From a virus (Duplodnaviria; Caudoviricetes), in the IMG/VR virus record IMGVR_UViG_3300037104_000199, positions 1-53,148 of that record: 53,148 nucleotides of DNA; one strand, given 5' to 3'. The notes beneath the pieces are model-generated. The model saw only the letters and a list, made by a program, of their open reading frames with translations, made no database searches and was not told the DNA's origin. Every line of letters begins with the position of its first letter. Position 1 is the stretch's first letter. Below are positions 26,646 through 35,158 of the stretch, piece after piece. A program made the translations under genes and the position numbers.

Positions 26646-27278
26646 CTACCTATATTTGAGTTCATTCTGAATTCTAGCCAACAACTCCTGAAGGCTGTTA
26701 TCCGACAGTTTTTTAAGATTTGCAACCTCTGGTCTTGAAACCAGACTAACTGAATCAATTGATCTGAATAGGTTTTCAATAGCTGGGGTTACTAATTGCT
26801 CCCTAGTTATTGTGTTACCTTTTAGTGGGTGAAAATCTGTAGGTGTTCTAGTTGATCTTCTGCCTCTTTTATGGGGATCAATTTCCTGCCCCCTACTTGT
26901 ACAGACACCCTCAAAATAAGTGCAAGTATTAGGGGCTCCAGAAACATGCCAACTTCTAGCAGTCTTTAGCTTTGCTAGTGTTTGAGTAATAAATGCCCCT
27001 TTGTGCTTGATACCTAAAGTCTCTAAGACTTGGTTTCTAACACTTTGGGGCAAAGGATTCTCATAACCATTAATAAGATTTACTAGATGAATAGCTACTA
27101 ACCCATCCATAAATAGGGCAGTATCATCAAATAAGTCTATGTCATGCATAGCTTCTTCAATTATTGTTGCTTTTTCGGGGGGGTATTCTACAACCTGAAC
27201 TAAAGCAGTTGAGGCATCAAAATTGAGTACACAACCTGCGGCTGAAAGAATACTCCCAAACTGAATGAGGTTTCTCAA
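26646..27278 (-). CDS. hypothetical protein
   Basis: 210-aa ORF in operon. Confidence 0.6.
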   Translation of the reverse strand: MRNLIQFGSILSAAGCVLNFDASTALVQVVEYPPEKATIIEEAMHDIDLFDDTALFMDGLVAIHLVNLINGYENPLPQSVRNQVLETLGIKHKGAFITQTLAKLKTARSWHVSGAPNTCTYFEGVCTSRGQEIDPHKRGRRSTRTPTDFHPLKGNTITREQLVTPAIENLFRSIDSVSLVSRPEVANLKKLSDNSLQELLARIQNELKYR

Positions 27279-27303
27279 TTTCCATTAAGCACCTTTCTAA
27301 GAA

Positions 27304-27558
27304 TTACTCCAATCGGTAGGTATTACCCTTACGAGTAATACTGCCATAAAACTTATGACCATCATCAACAACAAAAGATATCTTGCGCCCATCAGGCATA
27401 TCAGTTACTGCACCATCAAATTCAGTTTCATATTCTGCCACTAGACAAACACAATCAGGATAAGTATTAAGCATCTTCTTAATCTCAGCCTTATTCCTGG
27501 GTGTAAGACCATTTACAGTAATTCCGTACAACCTAAAACTCCTTAATTCCAAATGCAC
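27304..27558 (-). CDS. hypothetical protein
   Basis: ORF in operon; true start may be downstream. Confidence 0.5.
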   Translation of the reverse strand: MHLELRSFRLYGITVNGLTPRNKAEIKKMLNTYPDCVCLVAEYETEFDGAVTDMPDGRKISFVVDDGHKFYGSITRKGNTYRLE

Positions 27559-28144
27559 TTATATTTTCTGGGAACAATTCCCTAAGCTTGAATGTAAAGA
27601 AGGATTCCATACCAATCCCCATACCAAAGAAGTGTGAAGTTGCATGGTTAATTCCTAACCAAACATCCTCTAAATCTTGCACCCAATTTTTGGCAAATTC
27701 AAAGCTCCAACGTCTAGACATACAAAGGTATGCAATAAGCACACACACTGATCGACTATTACCTGCCCCGCATTTCACTAAAATTTTGGGGCTACTAAAC
27801 CCTAAACTAACCAGTTGTGACTTACCTATAATTTTGGCCGCATCAGATGCTTGTATATCTAGAGCCTTTTCCCACTCAGAAAGTACACCAAAAGCCTCTT
27901 CTAGTATTCCTTCAAAATCTGGGTTGAATTCTGAGTCAAACATCCTTATGAAATGAAAGTTAATTAAATTCTTTGACATAGCTTCTGTAACGGAAGCTAT
28001 TCCTAAACTCGAATCCTCATTTGTGAATTGAAGATCAAGCACAGCAAAGATGTTATTATCCTTTAGAAATTTAGCATCCTTCTCTATATCCTGCCATCCA
28101 CCACTAAGGGCAAATCTATCGCCAATACATCTAAAGTTAAGCAT
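27533..28144 (-). CDS. dual-specificity/tyrosine phosphatase-like protein
   Basis: IFAVLDL; ILVKCGAGNSRS (CX5R loop)..LIAYL. Confidence 0.82.
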   Translation of the reverse strand: MLNFRCIGDRFALSGGWQDIEKDAKFLKDNNIFAVLDLQFTNEDSSLGIASVTEAMSKNLINFHFIRMFDSEFNPDFEGILEEAFGVLSEWEKALDIQASDAAKIIGKSQLVSLGFSSPKILVKCGAGNSRSVCVLIAYLCMSRRWSFEFAKNWVQDLEDVWLGINHATSHFFGMGIGMESFFTFKLRELFPENISAFGIKEF

Positions 28145-28370
28145 TGTAGTTTCCTACTTACTACCCTTATTATTCTCAATATCAGCAGCAATACACTTCC
28201 TGCGCCACTTTTCAGCATTACACCCGAAGTCTGTTGCCCAATGCTTTTCCATGTTTTTTTCTAGAACTATCTTACAACAAATATGGCACTTATTCTCCTT
28301 ATCCCAAAACATCTTTCTCTCCTAAACCAAAAATAAGAAAAGCCTCATGATCCCTCATATGAAAAAAGAA

Positions 28371-28444
28371 TGGTGAGTCAGCCGTGAATTGAACACGGGA
28401 TTGCAACTTAAAAGGATGCCATTTTACCACTAAATTACTGACCC
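28371..28444 (-). tRNA. tRNA-Lys(UUU)
   Basis: GGGTCAG/CTGACTC-A-CCA; D-loop AGTGGT; GCATC-CT TTT AA-GTTGC; CCGTG-TTCAATT-CACGG. Confidence 0.88.
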
Positions 28445-28701
28445 ACGTAGTATAGCAGCACTTTCTCTTCTTTCTTTCCTATGCTGCTCTGTCGCTCCCA
28501 CTTTTCAACAGCCTTGATCATAGCTTTATTGAATGCTTCTGAAATCTTACCCAACATTTGCAATTCGGGGGTACAATCTTCTGGCTGGATATAGCCATGC
28601 TCATACCTTACAGTATTAGGATTGAAGTAAATCACAGCTATTGGCTGATCCCCTCCAATATTAGTATGATCAGAGTAAGCTGTTACCACGTACCTTTTCA
28701 C
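28435..28701 (-). CDS. hypothetical protein
   Basis: AGGAG RBS; last codons overlap the tRNA-Lys 5' end. Confidence 0.55.
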   Translation of the reverse strand: MKRYVVTAYSDHTNIGGDQPIAVIYFNPNTVRYEHGYIQPEDCTPELQMLGKISEAFNKAMIKAVEKWERQSSIGKKEEKVLLYYVGQ

Positions 28702-28879
28702 AAGAACTCCTAAATTACTATACCCGGTTCCCCATTACAAAGGGGGCAAATAACCTGCTTCTTTTTACATTTAGTAGTAGTAAGCATCTTATAGCAAGGT
28801 TTATTACTTTTCTTATGCCATGCCCCGCAACCACTACACATAGGGCATTCTTTAATAATGCCTATAGTTTTTATGATTT

Positions 28880-29017
28880 TCATCTTGGAGTATTTGTTGC
28901 ACCCTCTATCATAAGTAGAACTATTGCAACAGCAATAAATCCTAATGGACCCCAAATCATATAACCAGCAACTGCTAGAAGCAGCCAGAGTAGTATTCCT
29001 ACAGGGTTAATTCTCAT
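28880..29017 (-). CDS. small membrane protein
   Basis: GGAGG RBS before MRINPVG; two hydrophobic segments. Confidence 0.5.
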   Translation of the reverse strand: MRINPVGILLWLLLAVAGYMIWGPLGFIAVAIVLLMIEGATNTPR

Positions 29018-29240
29018 CAAATTCCTCCATACTAACAATAGCAGTACTAAGTACCCACTCATCCCCAGAAGCAATATATAGGGGCTTACCAATTTCCATT
29101 TCGGGAAGATAGTTTAGTCTACCATCCCAAAGATTTTCCAATCCATACAGGGGCTTATTGGTAGGATTTTCGCGCCTCCAAGTAAGATTTTCAGCATCAA
29201 TTGTATATGTACTACCAGATACAGTTGTAATCTTAATCAT
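29007..29240 (-). CDS. hypothetical phage protein
   Basis: ITTVSGSTYTID..STAIVSM pattern; coupled. Confidence 0.6.
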   Translation of the reverse strand: MIKITTVSGSTYTIDAENLTWRRENPTNKPLYGLENLWDGRLNYLPEMEIGKPLYIASGDEWVLSTAIVSMEEFDEN

Positions 29241-29568
29241 TAGGTATCTCCGAAGAAATGAATTCTTGAAAGGACCAAGACTTATTTGCTATGGACACTT
29301 GTTGATTACCACAATCAACATTGATTAGTGGATGATTATTGTCATCTTCCGATGCTGAAATACCCAAACCTGTAGCTGAACCATGAAGATTTTCTCCATC
29401 TTCCATAGCATCAAAAATAATACGAGCTAGATAAGTTGGGTCATCCCAAAGCTCATGCTTCTTTAAAGCATCTTGCAAAACTTGGGGCAACTCACTACCC
29501 CCATAATGACTGTACAAATACACAGTACCACTATGCTGCTTAATAGCTATATTTCCCCTGTCACCCAT
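29233..29568 (-). CDS. hypothetical phage protein
   Basis: AAGGAG RBS; MGDR..VYLYSHYGG..WDDPTYLARIIF. Confidence 0.7.
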   Translation of the reverse strand: MGDRGNIAIKQHSGTVYLYSHYGGSELPQVLQDALKKHELWDDPTYLARIIFDAMEDGENLHGSATGLGISASEDDNNHPLINVDCGNQQVSIANKSWSFQEFISSEIPND

Positions 29569-29667
29569 AAATACTCCTTATAAAGGACACTCACGTTTTT
29601 GTATCCTAGCTTCCAGATATTGCGACTTAGACAATCTTTCGATCCCTAGTAATCTGGTTTGCTTAAT

Positions 29668-29745
29668 TGGCGGGCAAGAAGAGACTCGAACTCTCATCAT
29701 CCAATTACGGTGGCGCTTTTTAGAAGAAAGGCCCGTTACTTGCCC
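29668..29745 (-). tRNA. tRNA-Arg(UCU)-like RNA lacking a D-arm
   Basis: GGGCAAG/CTTGCCC-G-CCA; CTTT-CT TCT AA-AAAG; GAGAG-TTCGAGT-CTCTT; no D-arm between acceptor and anticodon arm. Confidence 0.75.
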
Positions 29746-29914
29746 GCGAAACTAATTCTACCTAAACTCTATAGCGTGTTCTTCAATAGCATACCCAACA
29801 ATATCCCCATCAATTAGAATTGAGAGCAATTTGCCATCAGCAATACGCCTAAGCAACATTGGGAATTGATCCTCACTTTAACACCTACTTACAAAATAAA
29901 GAATAGGAAGAAAT

Positions 29915-30000
29915 TGGTGGGATAGGAGGGACTCGAACCCTCACACCTTTTCAGGTACTCATTTTAAGTGAGTTTCGTCGTGCCAATTGCGTACTATCCC
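29915..30000 (-). tRNA. tRNA-Leu(UAA)
   Basis: GGGATAG/CTATCCC-A-CCA; ACTCA-CT TAA AA-TGAGT; long variable arm ACCT-GAAA-AGGT; GAGGG-TTCGAGT-CCCTC. Confidence 0.93.
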
Positions 30001-30016
30001 AAAGTTCCTTACCTAC

Positions 30017-30045
30017 ATTATACCAGACCTTACCTTATAAATCAA
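30017..30045 (-). promoter_or_regulatory. promoter for the tRNA-Leu/Arg unit
   Basis: TTGATT-17 nt-TATAAT with extended TG. Confidence 0.7.
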
Positions 30046-30066
30046 ACTTGTTTAGTGCGCGCACTT

Positions 30067-30261
30067 TTAGTCTACTCCATCACAACTAGGACCATACAAG
30101 CAACTCTCGAATAGTTCAATATCCAAACCATTGTGCAAAATAAATCTCCCAACTTCTAGTACAATCTTCTTCCAAGCCCCTAGAGCAGGACTATTTTCTT
30201 CCTGCTCTACTTTTCGTAGAGCTTCAGCAAAAAGAACTTCTGGTGGGATGTTCTTTAACAT
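30067..30261 (-). CDS. hypothetical protein
   Basis: AAGGAGAGG RBS. Confidence 0.55.
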   Translation of the reverse strand: MLKNIPPEVLFAEALRKVEQEENSPALGAWKKIVLEVGRFILHNGLDIELFESCLYGPSCDGVD

Positions 30262-30474
30262 TTCCTCTCCTTATAATTTCTGGCGCGAAATGTGCTAGTC
30301 GTCATTAAGGTAGCCCTATTCCATACAACCACCAGAGTATTACTTATTGCGCCAAACAAGTAGAAACTTAGCCCACCAAAGATAGGTTCTATTACAACCT
30401 GTCATTTTAATAGGCTCCCAAGAAAAATCACAACTAGAAACCATTACCTTCATTGATCCTCCTAGTATAGGGAA

Positions 30475-31005
30475 AAAAGAAGGATAACCGGAGCCTCCAC
30501 GGATAGGTTCTGTATTAATTGCGCGCGACTGGACAAAACCTATAAACAAACAGCCCTATCTAGTTATTAGCAACACGTTTTAGCTAATAGTTTAGCATTC
30601 CTCTAACGGTGGATAATGGTCGCTAATATCCTTGTCCGTTAGCTTACGAGTACATTGTACTAGCTAATCTTTATTTGGATGCTGCTTACCGGGTACAGCA
30701 ATAGTTTAGGATTATGGCAAGGTGTTTATATATTGGCCCAACTTCTCGCGGGCATCTATAAACTTATCTCGCTCCCCAACCTTATCTTCAATTAAGAAGC
30801 ATTACTATGGACCTTTCTATTGAAAGTACCTACAATTGCCTAAACTGTAGTACGACTCCCAATAGTTATTTAGTTAGCCTACCTATTTCAAAGTCAAGCC
30901 AGTAAAGCATCGGGTTGTAATCTGCTCCCCACCTAATGGAATATTTGTAGCTTCTCTTTCCTGCTGCCTTATGTGGATGAATACTTGATTGACGTTTGAA
31001 TTGCT
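30475..31005 (-). ncRNA. candidate large structured non-coding RNA
   Basis: About 530 bp without a credible ORF and with at least eight hairpins readable by eye. Confidence 0.5.
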
Positions 31006-31010
31006 TTGAC

Positions 31011-31562
31011 TTAATCAACTATAGTACCTGTAATAAGTTGCCCATCCTCTAGCTTAATGGGGACCTTTTTTGAAAGACTAGGGCACACTGGAGGAATTTC
31101 CTCAAATATAGCCCTTCCTTTGTAAATAACCTCCTGAGAAGGATTCAGAGATTTTAACTTAATCTCCTCACTATTAAAACGCATACCAAAGAAAGATCCA
31201 GCCCTTACCCTAAGTGCTCCAGAAATCCGAGCATCACCATAAATCCGAGCATCACCATAAATCCGAGCATTGCCAGAAATCCGAGCATTGCCATAAATCC
31301 GAGCATTGCCATAAATCCGAGCATTGCCAGAAATCTGGGCATCACCAGAAATCCGAGCATTGCCATAAATCCGAGCATTGCCAGAAATCTGGGCATCACC
31401 ATAAACCCAAGCATTGCCTTCTTGGGAAAGATTACTTTCCTTCTCTACAAACCCTCCCCTAGCTCCTTTACTAATGCTCCCAAAAGTAACAAGGGCTTCT
31501 ACCCTAAATAAGGTCTTTCCCTCAGTAACCTTCGTTTCACTAGTTAGCTTAAACTTAGTCAA
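31011..31562 (-). CDS. hexapeptide-repeat (left-handed beta-helix) phage protein
   Basis: GGFVEKESNLSQEGNAWVYG followed by G[ND]A[RQ]I[YS] repeats. Confidence 0.85.
   Translation of the reverse strand: MTKFKLTSETKVTEGKTLFRVEALVTFGSISKGARGGFVEKESNLSQEGNAWVYGDAQISGNARIYGNARISGDAQISGNARIYGNARIYGNARISGNARIYGDARIYGDARISGALRVRAGSFFGMRFNSEEIKLKSLNPSQEVIYKGRAIFEEIPPVCPSLSKKVPIKLEDGQLITGTIVD
31217..31417 (-). repeat. 18-bp coding tandem repeat
   Basis: About 11 units such as GGCAATGCTCGGATTTAT. Confidence 0.9.
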
Positions 31563-31861
31563 TCAAGTACCTTCCTTTGATTTGCTTTCTAGCTGAATTC
31601 TTTGTATACTTTCTAGTACCTTTAATTCGCTTCATGCGAGTCTTTCCTGACTTCCTACGTTCAAATCTACCGGGATACACAAGGTAATCAAGATCACTAT
31701 TGAGTAGCGTACTATAATTTGCGGGCATTAAATCCTCCTACTTGTATTGTACTTTCTTATCTCTTAGGAATTTCCAGTTATTCCAAGGAATATTTAGTTG
31801 TGGTTTACCATTAAATCCAAGTGTTTGTTGCCCCCTAATTACCCACTTAGAATGTTTCATA

Positions 31862-32053
31862 TCAATTCACAAGTTTCAAGGCATCTTCAATCTTAGTCAG
31901 AAGAATACTATACCTCTCTGAAGCCCTCTTATTAATACTCAGGTAAGTATCCTTATATCTAGGGTCACGAGCAGTTCTAATGTGATCCTCCAAGCTTCGA
32001 GAAACCAAATTTCTCAAAGATCCCAAATCTTCCCTAGTCAATTCGACTTTCAC
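31862..32053 (-). CDS. hypothetical protein
   Basis: AGGAG RBS, GTG start. Confidence 0.55.
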   Translation of the reverse strand: MKVELTREDLGSLRNLVSRSLEDHIRTARDPRYKDTYLSINKRASERYSILLTKIEDALKLVN

Positions 32054-32062
32054 TGTAATCTC

Positions 32063-32557
32063 CTAAAGATTAGTGTAATTCCAAAAGTTGGGTGGGAGCC
32101 AAGGATTATTCAACGTTCCTCTAAGGAAATTGTACACAATTTTTCCAGACCTACCATTTCCGTCTCTAAATCCGTGGATGTTTTGGTACTCAAAATAGAA
32201 TTGATCTTCGGGAGTTTCTGCGACCTTATGTGTAGGTTCCAATCTACCCTCATAATAAGCTCCAATCAGATTTTGAAGCATTTCAGGAACTCTTTCCCAA
32301 GGAGCCTTTTCAATACTAGTAAAACCATCAGAAACAAAGATACGAATTTGTCTAAATCCATTCTTGTTATATTCTGGTTCTACCAACTTGCCCAAAGTTT
32401 CAATTATTTCTAGGGTTAGGGGGCAAGCCAAATCTTTTAGATTAGAAGCATATTCCCATGCTTTGACCATATTATATACACTTGCCCCACCTGAACCTTG
32501 ACGCTCGCATTCTTCTGCTATGTATTGAAGTACATTAAGTTGTTCTGAATTGAACAC
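32063..32557 (-). CDS. Fic-domain protein
   Basis: GFRQ.. and YQNIHGFRDGNGRSGK (HxFxDGNGR). Confidence 0.88.
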   Translation of the reverse strand: MFNSEQLNVLQYIAEECERQGSGGASVYNMVKAWEYASNLKDLACPLTLEIIETLGKLVEPEYNKNGFRQIRIFVSDGFTSIEKAPWERVPEMLQNLIGAYYEGRLEPTHKVAETPEDQFYFEYQNIHGFRDGNGRSGKIVYNFLRGTLNNPWLPPNFWNYTNL

Positions 32558-33293
32558 CTTTTGCTCCTTAAATTTAGTTCCGCTCCACGTTTTGGCGGAT
32601 AGATAATACCAGCATTTATTCGACTGTATCTATAGCCTCGGAAGCTATAAACCAAAGTAGCTGGTTTTTCTTTCCTTACTTAATGTAGCTCTTTGGGATA
32701 AGAAATATCCGATGATGCTGATTAGAACACCTTTCGCAAAAGGTATTCTTACAAGGCTTTCTGCAACGAAGGCATTTCTTCTTCAAAGGAATCTCCAATC
32801 AAAAATTGGGGTTACTTACACGCCGAAGTGTTGTGAGTATAACCTTCAGGATGCTTTGTATATCGTGAAGTATTCTTTGGAATTGGCAATGTACATGTTA
32901 CACAAAGCACTACACCAATTCTCTTACACGAATCTTCATGCTTTCCATTTCCCGCGCAAAAGTTACAGTAGTTTGCCATTTAGCACTCCTCAGTTTCAAA
33001 AGAATAGTCGTAGAAAGAATACTCGAACTGCTTTCCGTAAGTAATCTCTTCCTCCGCTTCAACTATAGCTTCTTCTAGATCACAAAATGCTTGATGCTGA
33101 TTGTTGAATTCACCACAAATGGGGCAACAACCCATTACTTAATCCTCTCTCTTTATACAGACTTGCCAAGCGCCATACTGATGCTTAATAATTACTGTAT
33201 TTCCTTCCTTCCTAAATTGAGAAGCAACTTCTCGCGCTCTTTCACGAGAATAATATCCTGCGCCAATCCATTTACGATTAGACATTTCAACTC

Positions 33294-33923
33294 CTACAGT
33301 TGAATGATCTTATTTGTTGCATGATCCATAATCGAAATACTAGGACGATCAAATCCTTTCGCAATCAGATTATTGATACAATTCAGGGCATATTCCTTAG
33401 AACCTTGAAATGCAATCTTACCTTGACAAAAAACTGTGAAACCCTTGCGCGCCATATATTCATTGAACAAGGGCGCAAGAATTACGAAATCTTCTGCGGG
33501 ATGTTCAACATTTCTGCCATCCTGCATTACAGGCTTCTTAAGCTTATTTGTTGCGCGAACCTTATATGCTGCACGAGCAGGGGTAAATGTTGGAGTTGCG
33601 AATTGAGTCTTTCCAACAATTCTTTCTGCGGGCTTAATAGCAGGAAATGAAAGAGTCATTCCTGCTTCAGTTACGGAAGTTACTTCCGTAACATTTACTC
33701 GAAAACCTTCCTTACGCTTTTCATTGCGAATTCGAGTAGCAGTAACTTGTGTAATTCCTTCATAAGATTCTACAAAAGAACCATCACGCTCCAAAATTTC
33801 AATCGAAAATCTTCGAGTTGAAATCTTGCAGGGATTACTTCTTTCTGGAATCATGCACTTAGGAGTGCCACCAGAAAGAAGAATTTCAATATCAGTTTGT
33901 GTAAGAGTTACCATTGCTGACAT
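33294..33923 (-). CDS. hypothetical protein, first gene of the leftward accessory operon
   Basis: AAGGA RBS before MSAMVT; TGG-TACACT -10 at about 34012. Confidence 0.6.
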   Translation of the reverse strand: MSAMVTLTQTDIEILLSGGTPKCMIPERSNPCKISTRRFSIEILERDGSFVESYEGITQVTATRIRNEKRKEGFRVNVTEVTSVTEAGMTLSFPAIKPAERIVGKTQFATPTFTPARAAYKVRATNKLKKPVMQDGRNVEHPAEDFVILAPLFNEYMARKGFTVFCQGKIAFQGSKEYALNCINNLIAKGFDRPSISIMDHATNKIIQL

Positions 33924-34340
33924 TTGTTCTTTCCTTTTTATAAGGAATTTTTTTCTGAATTTCTTTTTCGCGGATAGCGCATATTTAATGCAGCCGCGGT
34001 GTGGCCATAAGTGTACCACGGCCCACGCCCAGGGAGCCCCCGTACTTCCGTACTACCCACCCTAGCCGATAGTACTACTTGACGGATGGGCCGGCGTATG
34101 GTAGTCGCGCGCGCGCGTTCAATTAATAGTACACGCCTGGGCCGATTATCCGGCCCGAAAATTGCTTAATTTTCCTTGCAGAATTCGCCGGCAATTGGGG
34201 CCTGAAATTCCCCCTATTTCCCAACCTAAATCTCAGGAATTTTCGCCTCTAAAACTCTTTTCTGGATCGAAAAGGTAACGGCTTCCAAATCGAAATCCGG
34301 CTCTGAAATTCTGAGTTTCAGGGACGAATAAAAATTCCTG

Positions 34341-34370
34341 TTGACAATCCTGAGGTTGGTGTGGTAGTCT
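34341..34370 (+). promoter_or_regulatory. sigma70-type promoter with extended -10
   Basis: TTGACA-18 nt-TAGTCT with TGTGG before the -10. Confidence 0.7.
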
Positions 34371-34413
34371 AAGGGTGGCACAGTCCAGCCCTAATAAATC
34401 CGAGAGGAGCAGC

Positions 34414-34566
34414 ATGAAGAAAGAAGTTATACCTAAGAAAACATTACGGGTAGAGTTGATTAATTCTGTAGATGCGGAGCAACTTAGAGTCAAGAATCCT
34501 AAGGATTATAACAGAGTATACAAATTTATACAAGATACAATTAAGAAGGAGTATGGTGAACAGTAA
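34414..34566 (+). CDS. small hypothetical protein
   Basis: GAGGAG RBS. Confidence 0.55.
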   Translation: MKKEVIPKKTLRVELINSVDAEQLRVKNPKDYNRVYKFIQDTIKKEYGEQ

Positions 34567-34762
34567 TTCGTACACAACTATCTCAGCTAAAAATAAGCTT
34601 TGGGATGTCCTTACAGGAACTGCACGCCTCCTCAGTGATGAGGGGGCAATTTATTGGTGTGGGGATTGTTCAGAGTACCATGTTAATTACTGTAATGAAA
34701 CCCTAGATAAATATGAGATAGTAGAACTTAGCACCCTTATTAAAGACTATGGTAATGAGTAA
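34553..34762 (+). CDS. small hypothetical protein
   Basis: AAGGAG RBS; YWCGDCSEYH. Confidence 0.55.
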   Translation: MVNSNSYTTISAKNKLWDVLTGTARLLSDEGAIYWCGDCSEYHVNYCNETLDKYEIVELSTLIKDYGNE

Positions 34763-34924
34763 GGTAGAGGTTGTTCCTCTTGCGCCCTTAAGGATGCAGT
34801 TAGTATCTCTGATGAAGGACGGCTTTAGTTACATCCCTCTCAAAGACTTATTTGCTATCATTGAGATAATCATGCAGGATTACGAGGCAGAAATTGCTCC
34901 CAATCCTACACCAGACACGAAAGG

Positions 34925-34953
34925 GTAACAGCAACCAAAATGAAAGGCGGTTT
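34925..34953 (+). repeat. isolated GTAACAG-N9-TGAAAGGCGG element
   Basis: gtaacag caaccaaaa tgaaa ggcgg. Confidence 0.7.
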
Positions 34954-35156
34954 TGAAAATGACTAAGAAAGACTACATACTTATTGGTAATGCTCTTAGG
35001 AAATCCAGGAGTAACCTGCGCCCTATAGGGGGAGTTTGGACCCAGGCTTCTTTGGAATCTTGGTACCTAACTGTTGACGAAATTGCTATTGCTTTGAAAT
35101 CTGAGAACTCCCTATTTGATTATAGCAGATTTCTGAAATATGTTAAGGAAGGTTAA
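34953..35156 (+). CDS. hypothetical phage protein
   Basis: MTKKDYILI..EN..FD..RF pattern common in phages. Confidence 0.65.
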   Translation: MKMTKKDYILIGNALRKSRSNLRPIGGVWTQASLESWYLTVDEIAIALKSENSLFDYSRFLKYVKEG

Positions 35157-35158
35157 GA

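Noticed and set aside
29585-29667. Theta/HDV ribozyme or c-di-GMP riboswitch after tRNA-Arg
   Set aside because: I could not build the HDV double pseudoknot or the full riboswitch consensus; only two hairpins are supported.
30475-31005. RNase P RNA or group I/II intron
   Set aside because: Only ACAGAACC resembles RNase P and the GAGGAAAGTCC half is missing; no intron core motifs or interrupted gene were found.
31205-31462. Repetitive ORFs (MLGFMVM.., KSEHCH..)
   Set aside because: Alternate-frame and antisense shadows of the 18-bp coding repeat.
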